A DNA stretch of 64,000 nt from Malacoraja senta (GCA_038087875.1 CM075984.1:48174001-48238000); one strand, 5' to 3'. Positions 12,701-27,700 are shown, numbered from the stretch's first letter. Numbers and translations are program-made. Notes: generated by a model from the sequence alone, not told the origin.

Positions 12701-15700
12701 GGTGTCCCCTTTTTATTAAGTTGGCATAACATAACTTAATAAAAAGGTGTCCCCTTTTTATTAAGTTGGCATAACTTTTTATTAATTTGCTTTAATTTTA
12801 TTCAAGAAATATTTATGTGGTGAAGACCTGCCTTAAATCTAAAATATGATCCACTGATATTCTAAATAGTTTTAAATTATATTCTATGTTATCCCATTTT
12901 AGCATCCACTCCCTACACGGGAAATTTTGTACAGTCCAATTAAGCTACAAAACTGCACGCCTGGGATGTAGGTGGAAACTGGGGCACCTGGATGATTATC
13001 TGATTTTAAAATGTTCTCATTTTATATTCCGGTCAAGAAGCAACAAATATCTGTTGATTGCTCTACTGTTTCATTTAAACTCTAAATATTTGTTTAATAA
13101 ATCTAAATTAACTGTTTTAACTAGGTTCCTTGGTGCTCATTGAACCATAGCAACAGCCAATAATTGCATTTCAATACTAAGTGAATGGTTTCTGAAATGT
13201 AAAATAGTGTTTTTGTTCACAAGTTCTAAAAAAAATGTGTTGTAAATATGTATGAGTGTTACCAATTTTATGACACTTGCATGTTTCGCCCCTTTTGCAG
13301 GGTGAAGTGGAGCAAATTGCCATGATGAAGCCAAAAGGTCAAAATAAGCACGACGAAGGTATGCTAGAATATCTGGAAGATATAATTGGATCGGAGCGAC
13401 TCAAAGAGCCAATTCAGATACTTTGTCGCAGAGTTGAGATTTTGAATGAACAGAGGGGAGAAAAGGTACATTTCAAATTATTTGAAACATCAAATGGCAT
13501 TCTAAAATGTAAAGTGAGCTGTCAATACTGTTATGACCAGCATGGTCGTTTATCAGATCAGTGCTGCAAAGGGAGGTTGTTTTATTGGATCAAGTGGTTC
13601 TTAAATTCTTGAAAATAAAATATTTAATTCAGTGTAGAGTGCAGCATTTTACATTGGTGGACAATGATACATAAATCGTGGTAACATTTATAAAGTATAG
13701 TTTTTGGGTGATAGGAAAATCCTGAATCTTGGATGCGTGTCTACTGTTTGAGGCTCATGACTGCAATAGCACTTTGGGTTATCTTGTATAATCCATCAGT
13801 GGAGTAAATTAGCGACATTATCCATTGTCTTTGATTCTGTGAAGGGCTGTGTAGTGCCTTGGTAAGGTGAATTAAAACAAGAGTATTGTGTATATTGTAT
13901 CATCCAGTGAGTTGGAGCAGATTTGTAATAAAATCAATTCAAGACCAGAGCTAAAAATTGCTTTTATACTTTAATGTAATTAAAATATAGTTTGTCACCC
14001 AGTTCTTGTCTTGACATCCCACGTGTGGCACAATCTATTGTTTGGGTTTCTTGTAGTGCCACACTCTCAGGGTTTTGTCACATCACTGTATATTAAACAA
14101 TTGTAAATTTTCACACCTGACATTTTCTCACCGTTGTGACACCAATGCCTTGCTAATAAACAGATAGGTTGCAGCTCTCTGAAGGGGTGTTGCTTTAACG
14201 ATAAATACTGGAATGATGAGAACTGTTGGATATGTTCTTCCTGGAGTGTGAAGTACCTTCACAGGCTGGCACTATTCAGTGGTCATACTAGAGTCATAAG
14301 CATGGAAAGAGGCCCTTGGCCCAGCTTGCCCATGCCCATGGTGCCCCATCTACGCTAGTCCCACCAGCCCGCTTTTAGAGGGATATGGGCCAAACCTTTC
14401 CTGTCCATTTGCGCAAGGTGCCACAGGGAGCAACTTTGACTACAATTAAATACTGGTAGCTTGATAGAAAGTGACGTAGATGATTCTGCCTAAGTATGGC
14501 ACGAGTGCAATCTATGGGGAAGTCCGAAATGTAATATTAGTCCCTAACCCCATATTACCTACTCCTGTGGGCTGAAAGGAAAGCAGCTGAAGTCTTCATT
14601 CTTTGAGTAGAGTTTCAACAATCAAATGAAGATCTCTCTGAAATGTAGGTTGAATTTCCCAAAAGATGAAATGTTGATCTTTTGGATGTTGAGCTCAATT
14701 ACAATTTTGCAGCACCATTTTCTTTGGGGTGGGAGTAGATTTGTGATATGGATTTTCTGAGTCAGAGCAAAGGGAATAGTAACCTCACCAATTCTTGCTG
14801 ATTAAAAGCTGGAGCAATTTGGAGAGGAAATGTGAAGAGTGTGCGGAAAATCGATTTTGACAAAGGCGGCTTTGCAGTGGCTTGATGGATTGACGAGTAA
14901 ATTGGCCAATGGTCTCTATGCTCAAGGATATAACTACTTAAATGGGGCCTTATAAATAGTGATTTCAGTGGAGAATTTCCACAGAACTATTTTGATATAA
15001 TTATTGCATTTATTATACCTATGTTATTTTTTTTGCAATGAAATGCAATTTGATAATTTAAACTTTTCCACATTAGCTTAATAGGGTGAAGATAGTGGAA
15101 AAAGAAAAGGATGCTTTGGAAGGAGAAAAAAATCATGCACTTGAGTTTCTTGCATTGGAAAATGAAATTGTCAAGAAGAAGAATTGTGTCTTGCAATATT
15201 ATATGTATGTGTCTTAGAAATTCAGTGACTTTAATCTATTTTTATCACTTATATTTTAAAATATATTCTCTAAGTACTAGAAACATTTGAAATGCATATT
15301 TGGAATTAGATTCCCTGTTACTATCTATTGTACTGATAAACAATTTTAACTGGCACTCTTTATTTGTCATCAAAGTAGATTTTCATTGGTTCCTGGTTGA
15401 TCTTAATTTAAACCGTTTTTTGTTTTTTCTTACCTCTCCCACCATCGACCTCTCATTAGCCATGACGCGCAGAGAGGAATTGATGATATGGGGGCACAGA
15501 AGCAAAAAATTCATGAAGATACGCAGGGTACACGTGATAAAAGTACCAAACTTGAGGATGATATAAAAGTCAAAATTCATGCTTTGAAGCAATTTGAAAA
15601 GTAAGTCATGAACCTGTTCTAAGTGTTGTTTATGTAGAAAAATGTTAATCTACTCTTATTGGTCTGCAACCTTCCTGATTTTACATGCTTTTATCTCCTC

Positions 15701-18700
15701 TCAATCTCTGCCCTAAAGTGTAGAGTCCAGAATTGGATGCAATTTTCCAGCTATGGGTGAGCCAGTGTACTTTTAAAAATAAGATTGACCATTATTTTGA
15801 AAATCATGAAAGAAAAAACACTTCCCATCCATTCCTCTACTTATGAAACCCAAAATCCAGCATAGGTCCTAGCCAGGTTATGACAGGATTCCATTCATGA
15901 GAACCACTCGTAATACCGACCGGCCGTTGCAAGTGGGAAATGTAGCCAGAGACTTGAGTCCCCACGCGGCAGATACTGCCTGCAGCAACTGGCAAATCAG
16001 CTCTGCCAGTCTCTTGAGCATTCACTCGTAAGTACAGGCTGTGCACGAGTGGGGTGTTCGTAAGCTGGCGAGGATGTGAACCCTATTTTGATTTTTTTTT
16101 TTTTAACATGCCCATTATATGATCATGCTCATGTATCCCAAGATCTTTTTGTTCCTGTACCATTGTAATCTAACTCAAAGATTCTATAATGTTAGAACAC
16201 TTGACGCATTATAAATTGCAGTTTGCTCCACTTAAAAAAAGACTCTCTTTGGCGACTTCACATTCTAACCATAAATTCCCCTGTTGTTTTGATTCATTTG
16301 TTGTCTTCAATGTCAAAGGTACCAGATAAATGCAAAATACGGTCTTTTACCTTGTTTTTTCTTTCATGATTTTCACATTTTAAATAAGGGGAAAGTGCAC
16401 GTTGAGCAGACAAGATATTTAGATAATTACTGACGCAAGCTGTAATTAATCATGGCTTGGGTGGATGTCAACCGTTGAAAGGCTGTCGGGGAATGAACCT
16501 CTGTTCCCGCTTCACATTGCTGATAGCTATCCTAGAAATTTGTAGATGCCATCTGGGATAATCCTTCTAAAATCAAATAATTACCAGACTTCAAGCTGGA
16601 TTTTTTTAAAGAGTGAAAATTATCGTCACCTGAAAGGAAAAATGATGTAATCCAAGTTGTTATGTCACATGAACATGAAGAATTGTTGGTTAATATTTTA
16701 TAGAAAAATAGGTAAAATTACCACGTACATTGAGGAGAAAAAGGGAACATTTGCAGAGTTTGATTTGCAAGATGTGAAAGTCCAAGAGAAATTGAAGCAT
16801 TCAAAAAGTAAAGAGAAGAAATTGCAGAAACAACTACAGAAAGATGCAGAGAAGGTAAAGTTTGTTCGTTTAAATGTACATATTGAGATAGTTACACAGC
16901 TTGTTTAATCCAGTGAGCAATATTCATCTGAACATGGCAAAAAAGTGACATACTATCAATTGTAGCTTCTGTGTGCTATAATTAAAATAAATCAGTATTA
17001 AATCTTGGTTAAACCAAATTTGGAATATTTCTACACAATCTTATGATTATTAGACTTTTAGAAGCAGTGTGGAAACGGGCCCTTTGGCCCACCGAGTCCA
17101 TGGAGACTAGCGATCACCCTGTACACTAAAACCCCTGTCTCACTGTGCGAGCTGACCCACGAGGTACCCCGAGTTTAAAACAAATTTAACTCGTGGTACT
17201 CACGTACAATTAACGTAGCGGGAACGTCGGAACTCGTGGACGCAACTTAGCGACTCTTGGCGCTAACGGCAGGTACCCGTGAAACTTGTTAACTCTTGAA
17301 AAAGTTCAAACATGTTTAAACTTTTCCACGAGTAAAATGTACTCTTGAGGTTAATATTTGAAACATTTAAACTCGTTGTAAGAACGTAGTGGCCCGTGCG
17401 TTTACCTTTGTGACTCGTGAGTCTACCGTGGTAACTCTTTTTAGAAACAATAATCAGGGACAGAAATATCAGTTACTTGGATAAGTATGGATCAGTTAAG
17501 GAACACCAACATAGACTTTTTAAAGACCAATTCTGCTTAACAAAGTTAAGCAAGTTATTGATAAGGTGACAGAGTGGGTTGAAAAGAAAAAATTGCTTGA
17601 AGTTTATATATTGATTTTGTGTATTTGGGACTGAGCTCACAACCTTAAGACAAACCAGTATTGAGGAACAGCATGAGAACATTTTATGACACTTCATGGC
17701 AGCCTAGTCTGAGGTTTGCCAGTCACGTCCAGAAGCCATCTCTACCAGTGCTGTTGAAGAAGACAGGGTTGAGTTCACCTCTCCTGCACCCCTGTTCCGT
17801 AGGACAACACCAACTCTTTCATTATGCGGATGTTAAAGGCTGGGTTTTATTCTCAAGCCATGATGCCAGATTCCCGATCTCTTTACTGAACTTTACTGAA
17901 TCAAAGGGTTCTATAGGAGGTGCTGCCTCAAAAAGGCAGCCAGCATTGTCATGGACCCACACTACCCTGGCCATGCTCTCATTTCATTCCTGCTGAGCAG
18001 AAGGTATAAGAATCTGAAAACCATGACCTCCAGGTTCAAGAACAGCTTCTTCCCAACAACCATCGGGCTCTTGAATGCTACAAATGCTAACTAAACTATG
18101 AACTACAAACTGCCTTGGTTGCACTAAGGACTTTGGGATTTTTGCAATAATACTGGATTTTTTAATATATATTTTCTTTGTTTAGTATATTTATGAGTAT
18201 TGTGTTTACTGGTCTGTTTTGCTGCTGCAAGTGGGAACACTTTACCTCAGCGGGCAGGCAGCATCTCTGGAGAGAAGGAATGGGTGATGGGATGACATTT
18301 CCAAATTGGGGGGGGGGGGTGAGGGGGGGAGGGTGGAGAGTGGAGGGAGAGGAGGGGGAGACAGATGGGGGTGTCTTCATTCACTGGCTGCGGGTGCCTG
18401 TCACTGAAACAGGTAGGTGAGATTTCACATCCACCTTGTGTGTGTGTCTCTCTCTCCCTCCCTCCCTCTCACACAGGCTGAGAGACTCTGCCTCTGTGAG
18501 TGTACGTCCCTTTCTCCCCCTCTCCCTGGGCTCTATATGCTCATTGTTTCCTATGAGAGACTTTGAAAAATAAGAATCACATTTCACACATTGATTTTAT
18601 GACTTTTAATTCTTAACATGACCATAATCGCAATCTTTTACCCGATGGCAAATAAGAACCCAAAGTGCAGTTTTAAAGTGCTAATGTTCCCGGGGAACAT

Positions 18701-21700
18701 GAAATATTGTTACACAAATTCTGAGATGTAATAATTGATTAGTGATAATGCCAGTAATATTGCGAGTGTCAACAGTATGTCGACCTCACAATATTACTGG
18801 TATGAGCACGAACCCGGAGACGACGGTATCCCGGCTGGAGTTTTACAACTTGGCACAGATTCATATCATGATCCTACCCCCATCCCCCATAAACTGGGAT
18901 GAGGCGGACATGGTATTGATATTGGGTTATTTTGTCACCTGAATGTTTGCCAGTTTTGAAATAAAGCCGTACATAAGTGCAACACGTCGGTATATATTGT
19001 TGCCTCAAGATTAACGGGAGAGGAACTTGGTACACTCGGGAGACGAACTTGGAACATCGCAGAAATGAGAAGTAAACGGCAAACTTAGACATACCCGTGG
19101 GAACTCGGTTAAACTCTTGATCATAAACTTGGAGTCTCGTACGCAACCACGAGTCTTTAACTCGGGGTCACTCGTGGGTCAACTCGCACAGTGAGACAGG
19201 GCTTTAACGCTATCCTACACACTAGGCACAACTTACAATTTTGCAAAAGTCAATTAACATACAAGCCTATACTTTGGAATGTGTGAGGAAACCCGAGCAC
19301 CCGGAGAAAACACATGCGGTCACGGAGAAAGTGGTTGGTACATACAGCACCCGTAGTGAGGATCAAACCTGGATCTCTGGTGTTTTAACTCTACTGCTGT
19401 GCCACCCCTTGATATGGTTCACTTGATATTATTTACACCTTTCCCTTCAGAAAATGTGCCAAACCCTGATCAGAGATGAACCCAAGCACCTGTGGCTCTC
19501 GTTTGAATGTGTTCCTTATACTGCATGGCTTTTAAAGCTGTTTCAGCTTTTTGCACAGATGAGCATCACCACTCTGGTTAGGTTGTCATCCTGATTGAAT
19601 GTTAGTCTTGGAGGATGTGGATATGGGTGTTTCCGTAAATAAGGGGACATGGGTGATCAAATTTGAAAGTTATTAAATTGTAATGAAATACCACAGCATT
19701 AAAAAATGGGCCTACCTATGATCCTTTTGAGCTAATTTGTGATCAAAATGAAATACTTTCAAAATTTGGGGGGGAAATTATTTATAAGACATATGGGACA
19801 CTGACTGATTTCTAAGCTCCCTTACAAAATGTTGGCTCCTAACCCACCACGAGGCCCATAGTTCACATCAGGGTCATTGTAATTGGGTTGTTTGAATTTT
19901 TCTTTAAATCGTGACGAGTGCAAAAAGTTATAGAGCTATAAATAGCATTGACAACCTTAGACAACGGGAGGGACGACAGAATGAGACATTGCTAAAATAG
20001 GTGAGCAAACTAGATTTTTATTTCATGATTTTAAGTTATATTCATTATTAAGTTAGATAGACCTCAATGAGTTAGAGCTCTAGGGGCTAGTGGAATTAAG
20101 GGATATAGGGAGAAGGCAGGCACGGGTTATTGATTGGGGACGATCAGCCATGATCACAATGAATGGCCTCGAATGGCCTCCTGCACCTATTTTCTATGTT
20201 TCTAAGTATTTCAATGGAAAGCTTAAACATAAAATATAAACAATAAATATTAAAAACGCTTGCTCTGTTTTTAAATCATACATTTCACAAAGGGGCTCAT
20301 GTTCTGTTCCAAAAACCTGGGGCATCAGAAAACCATCATATCGGGTGATAAATGAAAAAAAAAATCATTAGCATAATCAGAATTTGGGCTTATATAGTTA
20401 TTTAATTGCAAAACTAATGTAATCTTTCTGGTATAAATTAGCCTAAGGCTTTGATGAATTCCTGCTTGAAAAATGTTGCAAGTAAACAAGGACATTTCTG
20501 ATATTTTTATTTGTAAAACCAGATTTATTTATTTTTTTGCTTCATCTCATTATTTTGGCGAAATACCATGATCTATACTACTTTAAAAAACCAGGATATG
20601 AAACAATGGGGATATTACATAAAAACCAGGAAAATAACCTGGAAGTTTGGAGACCTTCAGTTCCACTACTGAGTGCTATATTTACAGAAACACCATTAGT
20701 AAATCTTCTTTGGAGATCTCTGTATTGCTCTTTAATCTGGATTTGTATGTATACTTTAATAATTTAAAAGTGGTACCAAAACTAAGGAATCTGGGAATCC
20801 AAGTATAAGGATGTTGTGGTGCTGCAGGTTAATGTGGCTATTTCTTTAAAATACAAACCAAATTAGTTTATTTCTAGGATTGGATTAAAACTTAAATATC
20901 TTACCTGATCTTGATTTGGATTCTGTTTTGAGTATTGCACAGCACTGGTCATCTTCTATAGATAGTGATGTGCAAGGATACTGGAATTGCATGGGTAATG
21001 TGGAAGAATGAGTGTTCTGGGTCTCTTTTCTCTTGAAAAGAGATGGGTGATATGTTACACTCCCCCAGCTGCCTGTAAAATCGAAATATTTAAATATGGT
21101 ACATACGAAAGACCTAAATTTAATTTGCGGGCATTTAAGGCTTGTGGTTTGGGTTGGCGGGGCGTCGTTTTAATTGCACTAAAAGTGATAATACTAAGAA
21201 GATGCTTTCACTTTTATAATTTTGTGTTTAGTGCAATTGCATCTGTGCGACTCGGGAGAATTGAGTAGCATGTCACATCATGTTAATTGAAATTAACATT
21301 GAAAGCTGAAGAATTTATACTTTTCTTCAAGGAGTTTAAAGTTTAGTCGCTAATAGCAGACTTTGAGACGGCTTCTAAATGTTATAGGACACTAGACCAA
21401 GTGCAGACCCGTTGGCATATTGCACCACTCACTCATAGTCTGCAATATTGCACCACTCACGCATAGCCCCCCAACTGCGAAGGCACGGTTCATTTCTCCT
21501 CATGCCCCAGCACTCCCTTCTCTTCCTCTGCCCCCCCCCCAATCCCTAGAGAGGGAGGGGGGGGGGGGCAGAGAAGGAAAGGGGTAGAGAGGGAGGGTGT
21601 GTTAGGGAGGGGGCTAGAGAGGGTGGCAGTGGGCATCTCCCTCCACCCCCATCTCCCTCCCCCACACACCCCCTCTCATCTCCCTCTAGCACCCCACTCC

Positions 21701-24700
21701 CCGCCCCATCTCCCTGCTCCTCATGTCCCTGCTCCTCATGTCCCTCATCCTCCCCTCACCTTTATTCCCTGCCCCAGGATCTGCCCAGTTTGTAGAGCAG
21801 CGCCAGGGCCTGAAACTGGCCCTGGTTCTCATACTCGGCCCGGACCTGGCTGTAGACTCCAGCTGTCAGCTCGGCCGCCGCCTGGGCTCCAGTGCAGGCC
21901 CCCGACTTCATCTCTGGGCTCGTCCCTGACCCCGGACCTAGGCTCGTCCTTGGTTCCAGCGGCGGCTTCTTTCTTGGCCCTGGTCACGGCCCCATCCCAA
22001 GCCCCGGACTCGGAGTGCTGGAGTGCCCCTCCCTCCCGGAGTGTCCCGTCCTGCCTTGCGATGCATTGTGACGTAACTCGGTTTTATTTTCAGAAACGGG
22101 TGAGTTTTTTGGCTAGTTTTAAAACTTGAAACGATTAATAACTTCAGAAATATAGGTGGGAATGCGACGGGTAGATGTTTATCGCCTCGACGGTGAAAAT
22201 GTGAGTAGGATGTGAAAATGGGAAGGCTGCCTAACGTTTCGAAGAAAATAGGAATTAACCACACGCACGCACACACACACACACACGAATTGTCCCCTCA
22301 GAATACTCTTGTGATTGACTATCAGTTAAGAATTTAAGTTAACTCTCGTTCTTATACATGCTATAACTTCAGCTTTTTTTTACTAATGATAGTTGGATGA
22401 TTTGAAAAATGTACCCAGTGATAGTGAAAAGGCCATCAGCGAAGCAACAGTTGGAAAAGAAAAGCTTGAACAGAATAAAATAAATGAAGAAGAAAAGCTG
22501 AGGAAAGTAATGGAGAGTCTCAAACAAGAAACACGAGGATTACAAGAAGATAAAGAGGTATAGTATAAATGTTATCATTGCAATAGAAGATGGGAGCGGA
22601 AAATAATATGCAGTGATTTAAGTTTAGGAGTGGAAAAATTAATTTCACTAAGGTTGGCAGAGGGATATGTGCCAGCACAGGCAAATGGGACTAGCTCAGT
22701 TAGACAATCGTATCAGCATGGGCAAGTTGGGTCAAAAGGTCTATTTCAAAGTTCTATGACTGAAGCCCTGAACTATGATAAATTCTACCATTTCAGAAGA
22801 TGGTTATTTTGCATGAATATTGGCAATGAAATGACACTTGCTGAAGTTTAAAAAAAAAGATTGCTTTCAAAGGTGGCTGGTAATTTTATTTTTTAAACAT
22901 GTATGTTAGCTAATAATTTTAATATTTGTCATGTTACGGTGCCTTTTTTTATCTATAGGTGAATGAAAAGGAGCTCATGGAGTTGAGTAAAGCGGTAAAT
23001 GAGGCTCGATCAAAGATGGATGTAGCTCAGTCCGAGCTGGATATCTACCTCAGTCGCCATAAATCTGCTTTGGGCCAACTCAACCAGGCCAAGGAAACCC
23101 TAATGACCACTACTAGTACACTTAAAGAAAGAAAAACAGCAATTAAAGAATTGGAAACCAAAATACCACAGAATCAACAGGAATTGCATAAGGTTAGATA
23201 AGTACACTAGTTAATTTTGAAAGACGTTTTTCTAGCAATCTGTACAAACCTTCCGCAAGTTGCAAACGCCGACTTATGGACATCCCTAAGAACAGCATCC
23301 CCTTTCCCATCAGAACTGCCCCCTCCATCGACTATTTTAAGTCAAGACTAAAGACTTATCTATACTCCCAAGCCTTTCCTGACGTCCTCTGAGTGAGGGC
23401 TACATGTATTTATGTATGTAATTTGTTTTGTTTGTGCTTTTCTTATAACAAATGTAAAGCACTTTGGCCAACGAGAGTTGTTTTTTAAATGTGCTATATA
23501 AATAAATGTGACTTGACTTGACAAACAATTTCATAACATTTATTAAATTGAAAGGTCCGACATGCTTACTTGCCAATAAAATCAGCGTCTGTAACAACGG
23601 AACTCATTCTTTACCCAGAAGCACCCTGTATATTCATACATTTTAGTGAGCAACTTGCATTCACGTGTGATTATTAGCACGTCTAAAAGTTTGCATAGAT
23701 GTAGCATATAAGAAACCTTAAAACCACTGTGCATAAAACAACTCTGTCAGAGTTCTTTGAAATTACAGTTAGAGCTGGCAAGAATCCTGTGTGGACCACA
23801 GTACTGCAATTGTGTAATACCAAAGTCTATCGGGCATCTACCTTGTTGCAGGCCTTGCTTTGGATTTGTTGTGGAGGATCCAATATTTTATTAACTGAGA
23901 TAGTAATGGCATTCTCTAAATGGCATTGTGTTGCTTTTAGAATGTTGTTTACCTCGGCCTTGGGCTCCACAGGGTCTTGGTGTTTGCTGTGCTTTGCATT
24001 ATTCAAGTCGAAACCTTTGCTCACAAATGAAAAGGGAGGCCAGTGTTTTTAAAAGTGGCTAGTAAATGTTGAAGGTGAAAATGCATAGGTAGCATCTCTG
24101 GAAAAATGATCAGAGTTAATACTTCAGGGAGATGATCTTTCATTGTGTTGGAGGCAAGGTTGTTGACCTGAAGTGAGTTTTTTTATTCACATATACTGAT
24201 GTTTCTGGAATTTTCTGTTTTGATGTTCCTTTCCAACTTCGGAAAAGTACATCAAAGCAGCAAAGATGCAGTAGCTGGATTAACATGGATCGATAGGAAA
24301 TCAAGGGCTTGTGTTTTGTGTGTGGCCCTTGGAAATTGTGCATGTTGCAAAGTTCCATGGTAGGGGAAGAGGATGTAAAAAGGCAGGGTATTCGCACAGA
24401 AAGATTTAAGAAGATATTTTGTCTCTTGTATATCAATTATTAAAGTAGGATGTCACAACTTTGAAGTATCACAATTTTTAACTGAATTTAATAATGGTGC
24501 TACTTGTTTTTTAGATTTGCAACTCGCTGGTCCATTTAATAGCAAAGAACAGCTTTCAAAGAGCTAATGCTCTTTCCTCCATGTGGAATTGGCAACCTTC
24601 TAACAGAAGTTTTGGTCCATTCTTTTTATGACTTGCTTTTTGTGTGATATAGTTTAATATGAAAAATTCTAAACTGGCTCTGTGTAATGTTAAAATTGTA

Positions 24701-27700
24701 TTTTTCTCAGTTTAATATACAATAGTCATATTGGATTATTTTGTATCCTTTCTAGGATGAAAAAGAACTTGAAAAATTAATTCATTCTGATGCTCAGATC
24801 CGGAATACTGTATATGAGCTGCGACAAAAGGTTGAAGAAGCAAAGAGCTCATTAACGGTAAATCGCAGTCGGGGCAGAGTCTTGGAGGCTCTAATGCAGC
24901 AAAAGAACACTGGTCAAATCCTCGGAATCCATGGAAGATTGGTAAGAGGGATATGTGAAATATATTCCACTTGTACAGGAATCCTGAATTCAAGTTGAAT
25001 TGCATTTTTTTTTTTTTGTCATGGCATATTTTGTATTTCAGGGTGATCTGGGTGCCATTGATGAAAAATACGACGTTGCGATCTCCTCCTGTTGTGGTGC
25101 CTTGGATAACATTATTGTAGACACAATTGATAAGGCCCAAGAGTGTGTTAATTTCCTGAAAAAACAAAATATTGGAGTTGCAACTTTTATTGCTTTGGAT
25201 AAGGTACAATACTCTTTTGAATTCAAATGTGTTTGGTTAAACTAATTATATTATATTATGCTAACTTCTTTTAATATTTTCTCCAGATGAAAGTTTGGGA
25301 ACGAAGTATTGATAAAATCAAAACTCCAGAAAACATTCCCCGACTGTTTGATTTAGTTAAAATCAACAATGAAACTATACGTCCAGCATTTTACTTTGCA
25401 CTTCGTGACACACTTGTTGCTAACGATCTAGAGCAAGCAACACGTGTTGCATTCCAGAAGGACAAGCGTTGGAGAGTGGTAACACTGCAGGGACAGATAA
25501 TAGAGCAGTCAGGTATGTTGGAAGATGAAATTATGAAACGGTGTATTAGTATCATCTTTTCTACAGGCGTGCTATTTTTGGCACTCCACTTAATTGTCCT
25601 TTTATCATGTCAGTTAATTTTTTTTTAAATCATAAAGGAAAAATTCTTTATGGTGGTTGATTATTCAATTATGGAATTGTGATTTTTTTTTTAAACCTGA
25701 AGCTTTCCTCCAGTTGATTGGCGCAAATCTTCCGATCCCCCAAAATCACAGGCGCAGACTTCTTCTGGGACCCTGACTTTTCAACTTTTGTGTGCCAGCC
25801 CTTTTGCTTTATTTAGCTGAACAGAATGTCAATATCAGCCCATGAATCTGGGAAGAGAGTGATGGGCAATGCTGCAGGTTAATTCGGTCTATTGAATGTT
25901 TGACAGCGATTTTGACATTTTATTATGCAAATCTTGCTAAAAATTTAAAATGTTTTTACATTTGCAATACCAAAAACCCTCACTCATTGTCTCTCAGTTT
26001 ATTTGAATGGGACTGGTTGCAGCAGAATTTAATCCTTGCAGGCTGGCATAGAGCTGGGATGACGGCAGCATATTGCATGTCCTTATTGGAGTCCATTAGA
26101 AGCAGAACAGAAGATGCTACTTTTGTCTTAGATATTTTATCGAACACTTAGCATCTCTGCAAAAGTGTTGGAGTCAGCCTGTCTTGATATATTTAGGCAT
26201 TTTCTCTATTTCAGACAGGTTTTTAAAAGGACAACTAATTATTGGAAGAGATTGGATAGGCTGACAATAGGTGCAGGAGCAGGCCATATGGCCCTTCGAG
26301 CCAGCACCGCCATTCAATGTGATCATGGCTGATCATCCCCAATCAGTATCCCGTTCCTGCCTTCTCCCCATATCCCCTGACTCCGCTATTTTTAAGAGCC
26401 CTATCTAGCTCTCTCTTGAAAGCATCCAGAGAACCTGCCTCCACCGCCCTCTGAGGCAGAGAATTCCACAGACTCACCACTCTCTGTGAGAAAAAGTGTT
26501 TCCTCGTCTCCGTTCTAAAAATTGGCCTTTAAGGAGGCTGAGAATTTGACAAATATACAACATTTATGAGACTTTGATGGCGGAGATGATCGGGATCTTT
26601 TGCCCATGGGAGGGATATCAAAAATGAGATGGCATTGGTTTTAAGAGATTTGATGGGAAAGTTTTAACATGGAGAGTTGTTGATATTAGAGCATGCTAAT
26701 GCTTTCAGTGATTAGTGAAATCTGTGACAATACATGCATTTTATTAACTGGGTGGGGGAAATGGAGTGCAAGGGGCAGCATTGAAAACAACATGCTTATT
26801 AATGCTACACATAGAATATGTTTAATGCAAATATGTGAAGATGCAATCATATTTACAACTCTGAATCCGTTCTTTCATAATGTGAAATTAACTGCATGCA
26901 ACGAGGTATTGAAAACTACTGATTATTTTGATGAGTTTGAACTCAAACATAATTTACACAGAATCATAAAATATATAAAATATTTTTGGTCTGGGTATGT
27001 ACCAATGTGCCACCCGTTATGAAGCAATAAACCATTTTATTATATTTAACTATTATATTTAAGGTAGTAGTCAAATTCGAAGACATTAATTTTGTAATAA
27101 AAACATTTATGTGATCTATTCTCTTGTAACTCCAATTGCTTCAGGTACCATGACAGGTGGGGGGAGAAAAATAATGAAGGGAAGAATGGGATCTTCATTA
27201 GTCGTTGAAACTACTCCTGAGGAGGTAAGTGAATGTCTAATATTTCAATTGTCCAATGGTTCATGTTGAGGGAAGGTGGGCCATCAACTTGTGCTACCCT
27301 GGTTATAAACAGCAGCTATATTAGCGCATGTCAGCATTCCTGTTTAGTCATGTAGCTTGATCATTTCTCAAACCCAATTTCTTAAGTAATTAAGATTTTT
27401 GTGTTTAAACTAATGTCCATCAATCAAGTTCTTTGTTTTTCAGTACAAAGTGAGTTCAATTTAAAAAATATTTTTACACTGAAATAGATGGAAAAAATGG
27501 AGGCTAAATTGCAAAAGGACTTAGCAATGGCACAAAAATACCAAGAACAGAAAGGTCGTTTGGAGGAAAAGGTGGTAAAAATGCGAAAGAGCATCAGGGA
27601 GATGAAAAATACGTTGGAAAAATACACAGCAAGTATTCAGGTTTGTAATTTTGAAATAGTGTTTTTGTGATGTATTTATCAAATCAGATTCCTTTTTTAA

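Noticed and set aside
21599-22129. 176-aa Pro/His-rich ORF
   Set aside because: Low-complexity translation of a GC-rich repeat; no splice or homology support
24743-24751. Perfect U12-type donor motif GTATCCTTT
   Set aside because: It lies in the polypyrimidine tract 4 nt before an SMC4 acceptor, with no upstream exon or U12 branch partner; probably chance
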